From the NCBI GenBank assembly GCA_964016885.1, contig OZ024740.1:130200001-130264000 (forward strand): a DNA stretch of 64,000 nucleotides, written 5' to 3'. The translations under genes and the position numbers were made by a program. Positions within the stretch are counted from its first letter, which is position 1; each line of letters starts with the position of its first letter. Positions 36,193 to 50,290 of this stretch are shown one piece after another. Under the pieces are notes generated by a model. That model made no database searches and was not told the origin of the DNA. It saw nothing but the letters and a program-made list of their open reading frames with translations. The stretch is from Eledone cirrhosa (Eukaryota).

Positions 36193-37305
36193 CGTGTGTG
36201 TGTGTGTGTGTGGATGTTTATGTATGTGTGCTTGTGCGTGTATATGTAGATGAGCGTGTGTTTATATTGAGTAAACGAAGTCATATTGCATTAGATGCAA
36301 TCCAGTAATTTACTGGTATTTAATTTAAGCCTCATATAACTCTCAAGCGTATATGAACAATTGAATCTTTGTGTAATTTGAAGTCATGACGTCAACTGAT
36401 TTATCGTCGGGACACAACTTAAGTATTTCCATATTGATTATACAAGTTCCTATCAACGGCAATGTATTCTAACTATTTTCTTTGTTTAAATTACAAGCAG
36501 CACATTTCTTTGTAAAGAAACAGACCATACATTTTAACAAATGCTTACGCAGCTACATTTAAAATACTGGTTAAAGTTCACGTTGCTTGTGAATTTTTTA
36601 ACTTGCACTGCTTTTTTTTTTTTCATGTAACAACCAATAGTAAACTGCAGAAAGCATTTCTTCTTTAGTAGATAGTTTGCACAGTTTTTTTTTTTTCATT
36701 TAACAACCAAAAGTCAAGTGCAGAAAGCATTTCTTCTATACTAGATAGTTTGTTTAACCTAAATACTGTGACGTTGTTGAAAAACATGATGGAACCACCG
36801 ATTCAATTATCGTTAATTAACAAATCAAACATACATTTAAATCTAAGTAATGCGATTTTAACATTGGTAGTTCAACGACTCAATATTTGCTTTTATTAAA
36901 TTAAGTTAGATGTGTTAAGATTAATATTTTGTCTTGCTACGAGCATTTTCGAATTCACGAAATTAAAAGACAATTGACATGTTTGTGGTATTAGAAAACT
37001 TTCAGAAACACTATATATTTTCATTTCTGTATATTCTAATTTACAGAGAACATCGATTTTATACATTCACATGCCTTTTCCATCCAATTCCAAAGTAAAA
37101 CTTAATTACATGAGATTAAAAATAACCATTAATATCACTATTATCAAACTTTGTTGTTATTCCTAAATACTATATTTCATATATCATTAAGTATATTTAG
37201 CACAGGTTTCACAAATAGTCTTTCTTTAAATATTCCAATGAAGGCCAATCAGCTGCAAATCCCTTTCATTAATTTATTTATTGTACACATACACGCACGC
37301 ACACT

Positions 37306-37371
<66 letters not shown>

Positions 37372-38356
37372 CACACACCCACCCACACACTCGCACATAC
37401 ACACACACATATATATATGTGTGTGGGTAAGAGAGGGTCTTCTGTTTCAAGAATTACTACGACAAGCTGTCGTCAGAATTTCTCTATGCTATATTATCTC
37501 TACGTGATATAAAATATCTGATACAAGCGTGTGAATCTGTGTTGTACCTGAATACTAGGTGACAGTAGGGTATACATTGTGGCCATATTTTTATATAGTC
37601 GTATTTATGTACAACGGATACCAATTATTTATCGTATTGTTTAGTGCCGACATAAATGCAGAACTTTGATTTCATCAAAATCACATTATGTCTAACACTA
37701 AAAAAAAATTAATCATGACTATACAAATCACTTATTTATTATACTTCCTACAAACATTTACAATTATATACAATACTGTTATTGATGTGAGGCGTATAGA
37801 TTGAACGAGAAAGCATATTATTATAGTTCCTTGAAGGATGTATGTTAAAATCTTAGGAATTGGATCACAGCAGATGAAATGAAACATTAATTATCATAAT
37901 ATCTTTTCTAAAAGCGTTTACCTTACCCTACAGTAATACGATGTGTGATAAATAATATTCAAATATTGTTTTAATCTAATGACCGATTTTATTGCAGATG
38001 AAACATATTTAAAAAGTGCATTGAGAATAGTTTATTAAATAAATGTTTACCGTATGTAATACCCATTATTGTAATGGAAGCTACGCTAATTTTGATAGTC
38101 GTAGAAATCTAGTAAACCTTATATATGATATGCCTGAAGCATATGTAATTTTCACATGTGGTTTATTACTTAATTTTATGAGGATATTTCGATAGAAATA
38201 CGGTACACATGACTCAAGTTGTAAGAAGGAGAAATACTTATGTTACTAAAACAGAAGTACGAACAAACTATAATTTATTATTAGATTACACTAAATAGGC
38301 CAGGTAAAGAGTAATAAAGTGTAATAGTACATATATATATATATATACGCACACAC

Positions 38357-38418
<62 letters not shown>

Positions 38419-38559
38419 ATTTGAGTGTGTGTGTCTGTGTGTGTAGAGTTTGCCTTGGTGGCCCTTGAAATATGTGTAATGAAATAAATATGGGTTTATA
38501 AATATAGTTTCCATTTGTTAATATATTGTATATATATATATATATATACATATATAATA

Positions 38560-38752
38560 ATAATAATTGTCTCTACTTTAGGCACAAAGCCACCAAATAC
38601 CCAGTGCATTACTGGTACTTTATTTTATCGACTCCGTAAGGATGAAAGGCAAAGTCAAACTCTGCGGGATTTGAACTCAGATCGTAAAGGGACGTAACTA
38701 TGCTGGAAAGCATGGCGTCTGACCCTCTACCGATACTGCCAAACAACCGCCA
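38560..38752 (+). mobile_element. SINE (octopus-type)
   Basis: ctggtactttattttatcgactccgtaaggatgaaaggcaaagtcaaactctgcgggatttgaactcag, followed by an (AAT)n tail. Confidence 0.75.
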
Positions 38753-38942
38753 TATAATAATAATAATGATATTATTTATAGTTATGTATATACTATAAAC
38801 ACGAAAGGTCAGTAATTTATTACTACCTTATCACCAGTAAAGGAAATAGCTCAATACTTCGATGGACCAGACGAAAGTTTTGAAGAACAAATTGTCAGCA
38901 ATTAAATGATTTGAACATAACTTCGATATTTGTGTAATTTAT

Positions 38943-38980
<38 letters not shown>

Positions 38981-39000
38981 AAACGTATACATATATATAT

Positions 39001-39065
39001 ATCAAGTGGAGGAAGCTCGTCGCCCAATGTTCCACAAGGGAATGGAGGAACTAAGACTTACACTA

Positions 39066-39069
<4 letters not shown>
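39001..39069 (+). mobile_element. 3'-terminal fragment of the RTE family at 46652-49776
   Basis: atcaagtggaggaagctcgtcgccca...gaactaagacttacactaaga matches the reverse complement of ~46652-46716. Confidence 0.8.
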
Positions 39070-39104
<35 letters not shown>

Positions 39105-39107
<3 letters not shown>

Positions 39108-39448
39108 GTTCAACAATCTGACAGTAAGGTATACGTTGCTGACGATAGCTAATAAGCTTGAAACTAGTACAGTGTTCCTTTGTCACTGTTGAACAAACGA
39201 GCAACGATGGTTGCTAGACACTACGGCTTAATATGGGATGTTTGTTTACAAACACACCGAGCATTATAATAATTGTACGGTGAATCCATACGTACATATA
39301 TATATATATATATATGTGTGTGCATGTATGTATATGTATATACATACTAGTGTACGTCTGTATACATATATGTATGTACGTGTACATACTTATATTTAAG
39401 TAACAGCCGTACCAAGAGTTGGAAAATAAATTTCGTTTCATTTGTTCC

Positions 39449-39452
<4 letters not shown>
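39105..39452 (+). mobile_element. Retrozyme-like partial unit
   Basis: HHR at 39133-39175 with intact core. Confidence 0.8.
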
Positions 39453-39502
<50 letters not shown>

Positions 39503-39703
39503 CTATGTATACGTACACACATATATGTATACAGGCGTATGCTCGTATGCATGTACATACATACATGCACACATATATATATACATGTACGTGGTAAGAG
39601 AGAGAAATGACATTTCAGTTTTTTAGTTTTTTCTATTTATATATATATATACATATCTATATATACGTATACATATATGTATATATATATATATATATAT
39701 ATA

Positions 39704-42116
39704 GAAACCAGTAAGACCCCGACGGCTGAGCTCAAGCCGTTTCGATGGCTAATTCTGGACAAAATGAAAATTTATCCTGGTATTTAAATAGCCGATCTTC
39801 TCAAGGGGTAATTCCATATATGGTCAAAGTGATTGTCAAAAGTCAGTAGTAATTCTGTGATTGCAAATTAGTAGGGGAGATGGTGGCTAAACCTGCCAGT
39901 AGGAGAAAGAGGCGAGGGGGTGGAGTAGACCCAATCAAGCGTTGGTAGTGCCAGCTACAGCTGGGCATGAGGTCAAAGAAGATACTGGGGGGGGGGAGGG
40001 GGAGGAAATCGGAACAGTAGTTAGAACAATGAGGCGTCAAAATATATATGAAAGAAAAAATACTGAGAGTGAAGAAAAGCGAATAAGTGTAAAGAAAAAA
40101 GTAAAGCAAGTTCTACGTCCTAAGTCTCTAGCTATTGTTAGGCTAGAGAAATAAATAAAGAAAGAAAGAAAGAAGTAAAGAAAGAAATAACGAAATAAGT
40201 AAATGAACTAGGTGGGACGGAATAGGCAAGGACCCTTTTAAGAGGTATAAGTACGTAAATTATACGGTGACGGGTCAACAAATGGTGCCAAAATACTAAA
40301 GAGACTACCACGAAATAAATAATAAAGGTTTCTACGAGATAATAATTCTGAGTCCCGAAAAAAATATATACTAAAGCTAACTCTAAAAGGTCTTATACAA
40401 GCTACATGAAAGTTCGTACGAAGTAAAGGTAGAATACGGAAAAATAAATTCAGAATCCACCCCGCCCAAAAGAAAAGCGTAGAAAGAAAAACTGAAACGA
40501 GAAAATAAGGCATAAGTGCAACTAAGAAATATAGCAGGCACGGAAAATAGTGGGAGCGGTCGAAAAAAGGGGGCAAGTACCCGGGGTCTAAACCAGCTGC
40601 TATAAAAAGCGGAGTCCGCCAAATCTATCATAGACTAGGGGAGGGGTGGGGGTATTGAGGCTACAAGGGGCCAAAGGGCAGCCTCGGGTGGGCGAGAAAA
40701 GACGCCGACAAAGAAGAAGAGCTGGGGTAGAAGGACTAAGGAGGGATGGGGGGAAGAAGGAAATAAAGGAAGCGATAAAAGAATAAAAAGAAGATCTTAA
40801 GTCTCCCTTGGCAAGCAGGGGTTTCCCATTGCAAAATCGGCAAGAGGTGTTATAGCCCTAGTCTCCCCCCCCCCCCCGGGACATTATGGGGTTTGAGGGC
40901 GAGGTAAGTCCTACGCAATCTATGTTTACATTCAGTAACCAGTTCATCTACCCCAGCTCTTCTTCTTTGTCGGCGTCTTTTCTCGCCCACCCGAGGCTGC
41001 CCTTTTGCCCCTTGTAGCCTCAGTACCCCCACCCCATCCCCTAGTCTATGATAGATTTGGCGGACTCCGCTTTTTATAGCAGCTGGTTTAGACCCCGGAT
41101 ACTTTCCCCCTTTTTCTGACCGCTCCCACTATTTTCCGTGCCTTCTATATTTCTTAGTGGCACTTATGCCTTATTTTCTCGTTTCAGTTTTTCTTTCTTC
41201 GCTTTTCTTTTGGGCGGGGTGGATTCTGAATTTATTTTTCCGTATTCTACCTTTACTTCGTACGAACTTTCATGTAGCTTGTATAAGACCTTTTAGAGTT
41301 AGCATTAGTATATATTTTTTTCGGGACTCAGAATTATTATCTCGTACTAGTTTACTTAGCTGCACTGGGTGGTTGCTGGCATTGTGCCCTGGATAGAAAC
41401 CTTTATTATTTATTTCGTGGTAGTCTCTTTAGTATTTTGGCACCATTTGTTGACCCGTCACCGTATCATTTACGTACTTATACCTCTTAAAAGGGTCCTT
41501 GCCTATCCGTCCCACCTAGTTCATTTACTTATTTCGTTATTTCTTTATTTCTTTCTTTACTTCTTTCTTTCTTTCTTTATTTATTTATCTAGCCTAACAA
41601 TAGCTAGAGACTTAGGTCGTAGAACTTGCTTTACTTTTTGCTTTAGACTTATTCGCTTTTCTTCACTCTCAGTATTTTTTCTTTCATATATATTTTTACC
41701 CCTCATTGTTCTAACTACCGTTCCGACTTCCTCCCCCTCCCCCTCCCCATCCCCAGTATCTTCTTTGACCTCATGCCCAGCTGTAGCTGGCACTACCAAT
41801 GCTTGATGGGGTCTACTCCACCCCCTCCCCACTTTCTCCTACTGGCAGGTTTAGCCACCATCTCCCCTACTAATTTGCAATCACAGAATTACTACTGACT
41901 TTTCTCAATCACTTTGACCATATATGGAATTACCCCTTGAGAAGATCGGCTATTTAAATACCAGGATAAATTTTCATTTTGTCCAGAATTAGCCGTCGAA
42001 ACGGCTTGAGCTCAGCCGTCGGGGTCTTACTGGTTCCTATTACCCACTCTACTACTCCAAGTATTGAGTACTCTGGTGCGTTATGGTCCTCCTGGTTCCT
42101 TACCACATTTCCTTCG

Positions 42117-42119
<3 letters not shown>
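39704..42119. mobile_element. Fold-back derivative of the PLE copy C 3' region
   Basis: Minus arm 39704-40949 includes the last ORF codons. Plus arm 40950-42119 carries the tail. Highly similar to 55890-57229. Confidence 0.9.
41926..42037 (+). ncRNA. Type I hammerhead with U3-A8 core variant
   Basis: acccc-TTGAGAA-gatcggcta...tagccgtc-GAAA-cggct tgagctc agccg-TC-ggggt. GUC triplet ends at 42020. Copies at 39704-39815 (-), 57117-57228 (+), 58526-58637 (-), 60821-60932 (+). Confidence 0.75.
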
Positions 42120-42167
<48 letters not shown>

Positions 42168-43130
42168 TTCAGGTTATCAATAATGTAGTGATAATATATC
42201 GTTACGTTAGAGATGAACAGCGTACGTGTATGTTTGCTCAACGAGTATAAATTATATTCCGGAGAAAATGTAGAAAAGATGAACATAAAATGAAAGTGCT
42301 TTTTTTTAATAAAGGAATTTATTAGATATTGACATATGTTTCTTTAACAGACGGACTACCTATGTATCGCTGCTTGCGTAATCATATAATGTGACCAAGT
42401 ATTCGATAGCAAATGTATAATCAGTTGTCACTTCTTCAGAGATATTGGATAAATTGGAAAAAATCAGAAAAATTGAAATATTTATATTAGTTGTAATAAA
42501 GAAGGAAGAGAGGGGATAGTATATGACAGATGGCAATTCAATTTACTGGTAAACAAGTATATAAAGGGTTTCTAATGAGAATACAATGAGTATATGGTTT
42601 ATTTTATCTAAATAACAATTTTTGGGAGTGCCTATTTTAACTATACTTGACCAATTGATCAATGGACAGGGCTGGTCGTTTGGTGTAGTAGTAATAATTA
42701 TAAAGTGTCAATTAAGGAAGAGGGAGATTTCAACTGCTACTGAATAACAACAATGCTGGTAGCCGGCTGGTATATGCTTTAGGGAATTGAATTAAGAAAT
42801 CTCATTTTATGTATAGCAGTTTATATTAAATGGTAAAGAATAGAAGAGTTGATAGAATTAAGACTAATAGAGAATGTTAATATGTATTTTGACAATCAAA
42901 CGGAGATGGAGACAGGCGTTCAATTCTGGTAGTATTTGTAATATGAAAATGTAGATTTTAAGCGATGGTTACAGTATGACGATCGCTCTATTCTGTTATT
43001 TACTAAAATGTTTTTGGATTTCATAATACAAAATAATTCCATATTACATAATTTACAAAATTCCTGTCCGTGGGAATTTACAAAATTCCTGTCCGTGGCA
43101 ATATGGAGGGGCAGCCGCTATTATATCCCA

Positions 43131-44919
43131 GCTACACCATCCTTCAACCTGAAAGACTACAAGTTAAACTTCAATACTGACACTAAAATTAGAGTTATAT
43201 GCCCCTCTAAATCTGATATAGGCAAAATTAGCAAATATATACTAGACAGAATTATCCCCCAAGTTAAGGCTAAAGTAGATATTAAACTATGGAGTAACAC
43301 CCATTAAGGCAATAAGATGTTTCAATAGCATTACTAATAAGAAAAAAATCAAAATTTATTCAGTTCGATATTGATGAATATTATTCCTCAATTTCACCTG
43401 ATACTCTACATGAAGCTCTTTCGTTCGCTAAGGCTAATTCCGACCTTACGGATACTGAAATTAAAATTATTATGGAAGCGAGGAAAACTATTGTTACATT
43501 TGATGATAGCTACTGGGTTCGCAAAGATAGACCTTCTAATTTTGATATTACTATGGGTTCCAATGATTCGGCGGAAGTAACTGATCTTGTGGGAATTTAT
43601 ATAACCCACAGACTACAAGGAAAATTCGAGGATCTCCACGGTGGAATCTACCGTGACGATGCGCTCCTATTAGTTAAGCATATGAATAACCAGAATTTAG
43701 AAAGGATGCGTAAAAATATCAGAAAGCTTTTTAAGGAACTAGGATTAAATATTACATTTGAATATAACCTCAAAGAGGTTAATTTCCTTGATGTTACTTT
43801 GAATCTCAATACAGAAACGATTAAACCGTTCCATAAACTAAATGAGAACCTTAAATATGTAAATACGAGTTCTAACCATCCACCCTCTATAATTAAATCC
43901 ATCCCTAGAAATATTTCCCTTAGAATCTCCCTCCTGTCGTCCAACCAGCAAACATTCAAAGAACATGCCGAATATTATGATGATGCACTTAGGAAGGCTG
44001 GACACCTAGATAATATAGAGTATATAGTCGACGATCACCAAAACACCCAAAATAAATCTCATAGGGGTAAAAATAGCATAGAATCACCACCATACGTACA
44101 CTACCGCAATAGACACACTAATAGTCGCACACCACCAAATAGAAGGCGATGTAAAGAGTATATATGGTACAACCCGGTCTATGACAACTCTATTAAAACC
44201 AATCTACCCTCACAATTCTTTCAATTAGTTAAAAAAAAATTTCCAACATCACATAAATATAATAAAATCTTAAACCCTAACACTATTCAACTTTCATATT
44301 CAACCGCCCCTCATATTGAACAACATATAAAATAGCTTAACGCAAAACGGTTGTATAAACGCCTTCCAACACATAACAATACACGTAAAACATCAGCTAT
44401 AACATCACAAAACAACAAACAACTTCCCGTCCTACCTAAGCAACCTCATCAACCCATCCATGCTAATACAACAACGCAAAATTATAACTGTAACAGTGTC
44501 CAACCAGGTATGTGTCCGTTGAACAATCAGTGTCTTGAACGCAACATCATTTACAAATGTACTATCGAATCGGATAGCCAGAAATGGTACTATGTGGGGT
44601 CTACAGCCACCTCCTTCAAATCTCGCCTTTATAGACATCGTTACTCGATAAAACATGTAAACCAGCGTTATGTAACAACACTCGCAGAAAAGGCTTGGCA
44701 GCTGCGCGAAAATAACCAACAATTTAACCTAAAATGGGATATAATAGGGGCTGCCCCTCCATATCTCACGGACAGCAATTTTGTAAATTATGTAATATGG
44801 AATTATTTTGTATTATGAAATCTAAAAACATTTTATTAAATAACAGAATAGAGCGACCGTTATGCTGTAACCATTACTTAAAATCTACATTTTCATATTA
44901 CAAATACTACCAGCATTGA
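43131..44919 (+). pseudogene. RT plus GIY-YIG with stops and frameshifts
   Basis: [74 protein letters not shown]. Confidence 0.9.
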
Positions 44920-45394
44920 ACGCCTGTCTCAATCTCCGTTTGATTGTCAAAATACATATTAACATTCTCTATTAGTCTTAATTCTATCAACTCTTCTATT
45001 CTTTACTATTTAATATAAACTGCTATACATAAAATGAGATTTCTTAATTCAATTCCCTAATGCATATACCAGCAGGCTACCAGCATTGTTGTTATTCAGT
45101 AGCAGTCGAAATCTCCCTCTTCCTTAATTGACACTTTATAATTAATACTACTACACCAAACGAGCTGCCCTGTCCATTGTTCAATTGGTCAAGTTTAAAT
45201 TAAAATAGGCACTCCCAAAAATTGTTATTTAGATAAAATAAACCATATACTCATTGTATTCTCATTAGAAACCCTTTATATACTTGTTTACCAGTAAATT
45301 GAATTGCCATCTGTCATATACTATCCCCTCTCTTCCTTCTTTATTAAAACTAATATAAATATTTCAATTTTTCTGATTTTTTCCAATTTATCCA

Positions 45395-45514
45395 ATATCT
45401 CTGAAGAAGTGACAACTGATTATACATTTGCTATCGAATACTTGCTAACATTATATGATTACGCAAGCAGCGATACATAGGTATTCCGTCTGTTACAGAA
45501 ACATATGTCAATAC
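45395..45514 (+). ncRNA. Candidate hammerhead with large stem II insertion
   Basis: CTGAAGA(45401)-a gtgaca...~75 nt...tgttac a-GAAA-catatg-TC. Stem I is weak. Mirror at ~42326-42447. Confidence 0.5.
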
Positions 45515-45559
45515 CTAATAAATTCCTTTTTTAAAAAAAAGCACTTTCATTTTATATTC

Positions 45560-45660
<101 letters not shown>

Positions 45661-45663
45661 TTA

Positions 45664-46633
45664 TTAAAATAACAGATTAAAGTTTAAGCAAAGAATCGCT
45701 GCTTTCACCCTTAACGGGATCTTCTGAAACTAACAAAGTCAATCTGTAAACGCAGAACTGGATATTTCAAAAAAACGTTGCAACCGGAGGAAGACAGGAA
45801 GACGATAATTTGGTTCGTGGTAACGTTCGCTGGCAAAGAACAGGAAAAAACGAATAATACGTCATTAATAGGAGCGGTGAAAACCAATTACGCGCAAAGA
45901 CAAAACAACGTTTATGGTATAAAAGAGGTCGTAGACTAATGTTCTCTTAGGTGATGCATAGAGACGTTCTCTGGCAATGAACGAAACAACGAAGATAATA
46001 AGTCATATGTGGAGCATGGAGAACAATTGCACGCAAAGACAAAACCACGTAAATGGTATAGCGGAAATCGTAGACTAAAATTCTAACTAGGAGACCAAAT
46101 GAATCTCCGCTACAGAGTTAAGAACAAAGTAAATAAATACAATACAGAAGTAATAGAAACAAATAAATACATACACGTAAACAGATACGTACATACACAA
46201 GCATACGCACCTTACCATGGGTATACAAAACCACGCACATATAAATATGTGTGTGTGTGTATGCTTGTGTACAAATGAATAAATAATTATATAAACGTAT
46301 ATAAGTAAATACATACGTATATAACAAGCGCACACGCATACCTACATATAAATACACGAATGTTCGGAGACGTAAGTCAACTAAAACAAGAAGTACACAT
46401 ATACACACACCCACCATACGTACGAACATGCACACTCACGCGGACGCAAAACTCCCGTATACACATAGCCAAACCCTAAATACCAAAATATGTAAAAATG
46501 ATATGCTAAAACAGTCAAATATACGTACGAGAAGGTATACATACCTTCACAAAACATACGGGTAATATATTTGATATATATTTTCCTTATCGAGCACTCT
46601 TTGGATTTTAGTCTTCAATGTTATTATTATTAC
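45664..46633. mobile_element. Repeat family also at 53490-53657 and 53730-54230 (fold-back plus tail)
   Basis: Shared taaaataacagattaaagtttaagc...cccttaacgggatc block and tail ...ctctttggattttagtctt. Confidence 0.75.
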
Positions 46634-46651
46634 TATATATATATATATATA

Positions 46652-49600
46652 TATCTTAGTCTTAGTTCTTCCAGTCCCTTGCGGAACCTTGGGCGACGAG
46701 CCTTCTCCACTTGATACTGTCACTGGCGGCCCTTCTAGCATCTCTCCAGGTAATTCCCATCTCCCGGAGGTCCTCCCTGAATGTGCTCCGCCATGTTTTT
46801 CATGGTCTGCCCCGTTCTCTCCTGTCACCTTCTGGTACCCAATCCATGGTAATATGAGCAGGTCGATCTGCCGGCAAACGAAGTATGTGGCCCGCGATCA
46901 GCCGTCTCCTTTTCCGGACAATATCCCTTAACCTCTCTAATCCTGACCTCCTCAACAATTCCTCGTTGGTAACTTGGTCTCTCCATGACATTTTCAATAT
47001 GGTTCGACGGTGGAATACATCAAGCTTGTTACATACACTTTCCGTACTCTTCCATGCCTCACATATATCGCTGTTGGTATTACAATTGAAATGTAAAGAC
47101 AGAATTTGACGGCGTTGCCGATGGAACACCTGGTCCGTACCGGACAGAGTCGCTGGAAGACCACCGCAACTTATCCCAGCCTTGTGCGCACATCCACCTC
47201 AGCATCCCCATCATCAGAGATGTTGCAGCCAGGTTATTGGAAGTGGTTTACGCATTCAATGTTACGCTGACCAACCATGATGTGAGGATTTGGAGGGTCA
47301 CCTGTCGACCTGGTTTTGGATTTTTCACAACTGATGAGCAGCCCAACTTACTCTGCATTGTCACTTAGAACGTTTGTCATCTCTTGCAGGTCTTCTCGGG
47401 AATGGCCTATCACTGCGATGTCATCGGCAAAGTCCAGGTCGCTTAATCTCCTTCCATACCAACTGATGCCAAAACGAGGGTCACTCATTGTCTTCTTCGT
47501 GATGAAATCGATGACAATGAGGAAAAGGAAAGGCGAAAGGATGCAGCCTTGTCGAACAACCGTCAAGATGTCAAACATTTCCGTGTTTCCGTCCCTCGTC
47601 AGAACGCAGAACCCGGAATGTCGCTACAGCGACCTAAGATGTTAATATATTTCTCTGGGACACCGTAGAGTCTTACAATCTTCCACAATGACTCGCGATG
47701 AACATTGTCGAAAGCTTTCCTGAAGTCAATGTAGTTGACAACAAGGGACTTGTGGAACTCCCGAGATTGTTCGATGATATTTCGGAGAGTGAAGATCTAC
47801 ACTGAACAAGAACTTCCACTGCGGAAGCCAGCCTCTTCGTCTCGAAGATAACGATCTACTTCCGCTCGCAGCCGGTTCAGGATGCATGTGCAGAATACCT
47901 TCCCTGGCACTGATAGCAACGTGATCCCTCTCTATAGTTGTTGCAGTCGCTGAGACAGCCCTTCTTCGGCAGTGGTACAATCACTCCATTTCCCCAGTCC
48001 TCCGGCACCTCCTATTCTTGCCAAATCACATTGCATAAATGGGTAAGCTGCTCCTCTATTATATCCATGCCGTGCTTCAGAAGCTTTGCAGGAATCTCAT
48101 CAAGCCCTGCCGCTTTGTTATTCTTTTGGCAGCGGATGGCCTTGGCCACCTTACCTCTTGTGATGTCGTCTAGTCGTACATCCAGCCGGTAGTTCGCGTC
48201 CTCCCAGTCAAGCTCGAAGACTTTGTTGGCGGATGGCTGATTGAAGACCTCACGAAAGTGTTCGTTCCACCTCTGGGCCTGCTCTTCACTGGCTGCAAGC
48301 ATCCGACCATCTTTGCTCTTGATTGGCAAACTGCTTCCACTTCGTCCTCCAGTTAGCTCTCTGTTGATCCGGTACAGCGTCTTGGAATCATTTCGATCTG
48401 CTACCACCTGTGCCTCTGCAGCTCGATCTTCTAACCACTGGCGCTTGTCTTTTCGACAGCTCTTTTTACTTCCTTGTCAAGACGTCTGTACTCTTTGTCC
48501 ACTCCCTTCCATTGCTGTCGTGTTATGATTTGATCTCTTTTGCACTTAACACGCTTCCTCTCATCAATGAGATTCCATAAAGTACTGCTGATCCACTGTT
48601 CCCAGTTGGTCCCCCTTCTCCTACCAATAACTACATCAGCACTCGCGCTGACCGCCTGAGCAAACATCTACCACTCGCCATCACGGTTCTGTGCGTGCTG
48701 TAGTTCTTGTAACTTATTCCTGATCTCCAGGTAGAATCCCTCTGACGTGTCTTGGTCTTGCAGACTTGCGAGAGCATATGGCCTCACGGTCTTATTTGCT
48801 TTGTCCCTCTTCAACCTCAAGCGGATTTTTCCAACCACAATATGATAGTCAGATCCGACGTCTGACCCTCGGTAGGTGCGAACATCCAAGAGAGAGGAAC
48901 CCACCTCGTGCCAATGTAGATATAATCAATCTTATTCCTGGTGTTGACATCAGGGGAAGTCCATGCCATCTTGTGAATCCGCCTGTGGGCGAAGAATGTA
49001 TTCCCGATGGAGAGGTTGCTCATACTGCTCAAGGACAGCAACCGTTCCCAGTTGTTATTGGTAGAATTAGATGAACCGTGGGGGCCATTGGCTTAATGGA
49101 TTTCTCTCCTGGCTCCATCTAGCTTGGCATTGAAGTCACCAATCACCTGCCTAATGTCTGACCTGGGTGTTGCCTCTAGGACATCTCCTGTAGTTGAATA
49201 AAAAGGCATCTCTATTTTCATCTGAGGCAGCTTAGTCGGGCGTAGACTTGCACTACGGTCACCTTGGCTAACCTTGTGCTCAATCTGGCAGTAATAATTC
49301 GTTCACTGACTGGTCTCCATCCCACAAGCGTCCCGTGAAACATCTCCGATGAGGATGATATCAACTCCGTGGACATGGTGGTCACCATCACTGGAGTAGA
49401 AAATAGTCATGTCTCCGCTCTCGAGTCGTCCCCGTCCTGTCCACTTCGTCTCGCTAATGCCCATGATGTCTAGGCAATATTCTCTCATCTCCTTCAAAAC
49501 CTGCTCCATCCGCCCGTCCCGAAAGAGCGTGCGGACATTCCAGGTGCCTACTCTTGTGTTTGATTTGGCGTTGAAGATAGGATTATCCGCTGTCGGGCCT

Positions 49601-49776
49601 CCTTTCGGCTTTGACCCGGTCCGTGTCTTCACTTTTCCGCCGCTGGGTATCAAAATGTTTTTTTCACGTAGTTTCTGTAGTGGTGAAATTTTGCTTTACG
49701 GGGATAGGGCTGCTGCCCCCAAGCTCCAACACTCCTCCTTTCTCAACCGGGCTTAGGACCGGCTAAGGCGGAGTTT
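46652..49776 (-). mobile_element. Near-full-length RTE-clade LINE (APE plus RT), decayed
   Basis: APE motifs GTWNVRTL, GISETKW, IDYI, GSDVGSDYH. RT motifs KAAGLDEIP, VRQGCILSPFLF, LDFADD, RERGRP. RTE-type 5' UTR ccggtcctaagcccgg. (CTAAGA)n tail. (TA)n on both sides. Confidence 0.92.
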
Positions 49777-49795
49777 ATATATATATATATATTTA

Positions 49796-50290
49796 TCACG
49801 ATAGATTAACGGTGCCATAGATGCTCGCTATTCCCTATCAATAATGTGCTCAAAGGAGAAGGAATCCTGAGATCTTTAAAATACAATATGTTGAAAAGGT
49901 AACACATTAGAGAGAGATAGTGCGCCATCATTAAAACAGGGAAAAGCCACCAGTGTATGGAATCTATAACCTATGAAAGGCAGGGTAAACACACGGTAAC
50001 TAAGCATATAAATTAAAGTGTATATACAAACCAATATAACTATATAACACACACGTACAAATCCAAAGAGAACTGTTTCGCCAATAATTTGTTGACAGAA
50101 ATAAATAGCCCATGGTTCATCAGCGTGTAAAAGCTATATATTTCAGACAGCTCTAAAATAATTTAAAGCGACTGTCCACCTACACGTGGGAGAGAGAAGT
50201 CACAGCGTGTTTAGGGCAGGGAATCAGTTGTGTCTGAGTGACGAGCTGCTAGAAAGTGCAGCCCAAAACCACTCAGAGGAGTGTGCTCAA
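49796..50290 (-). mobile_element. pLTR-type fragment with HHR; homolog at 61985-62530
   Basis: HHR 50051-50128: acacg-CTGATGA-acca...tggc-GAAA-cag...ttg-TA-cgtgt. Confidence 0.75.
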
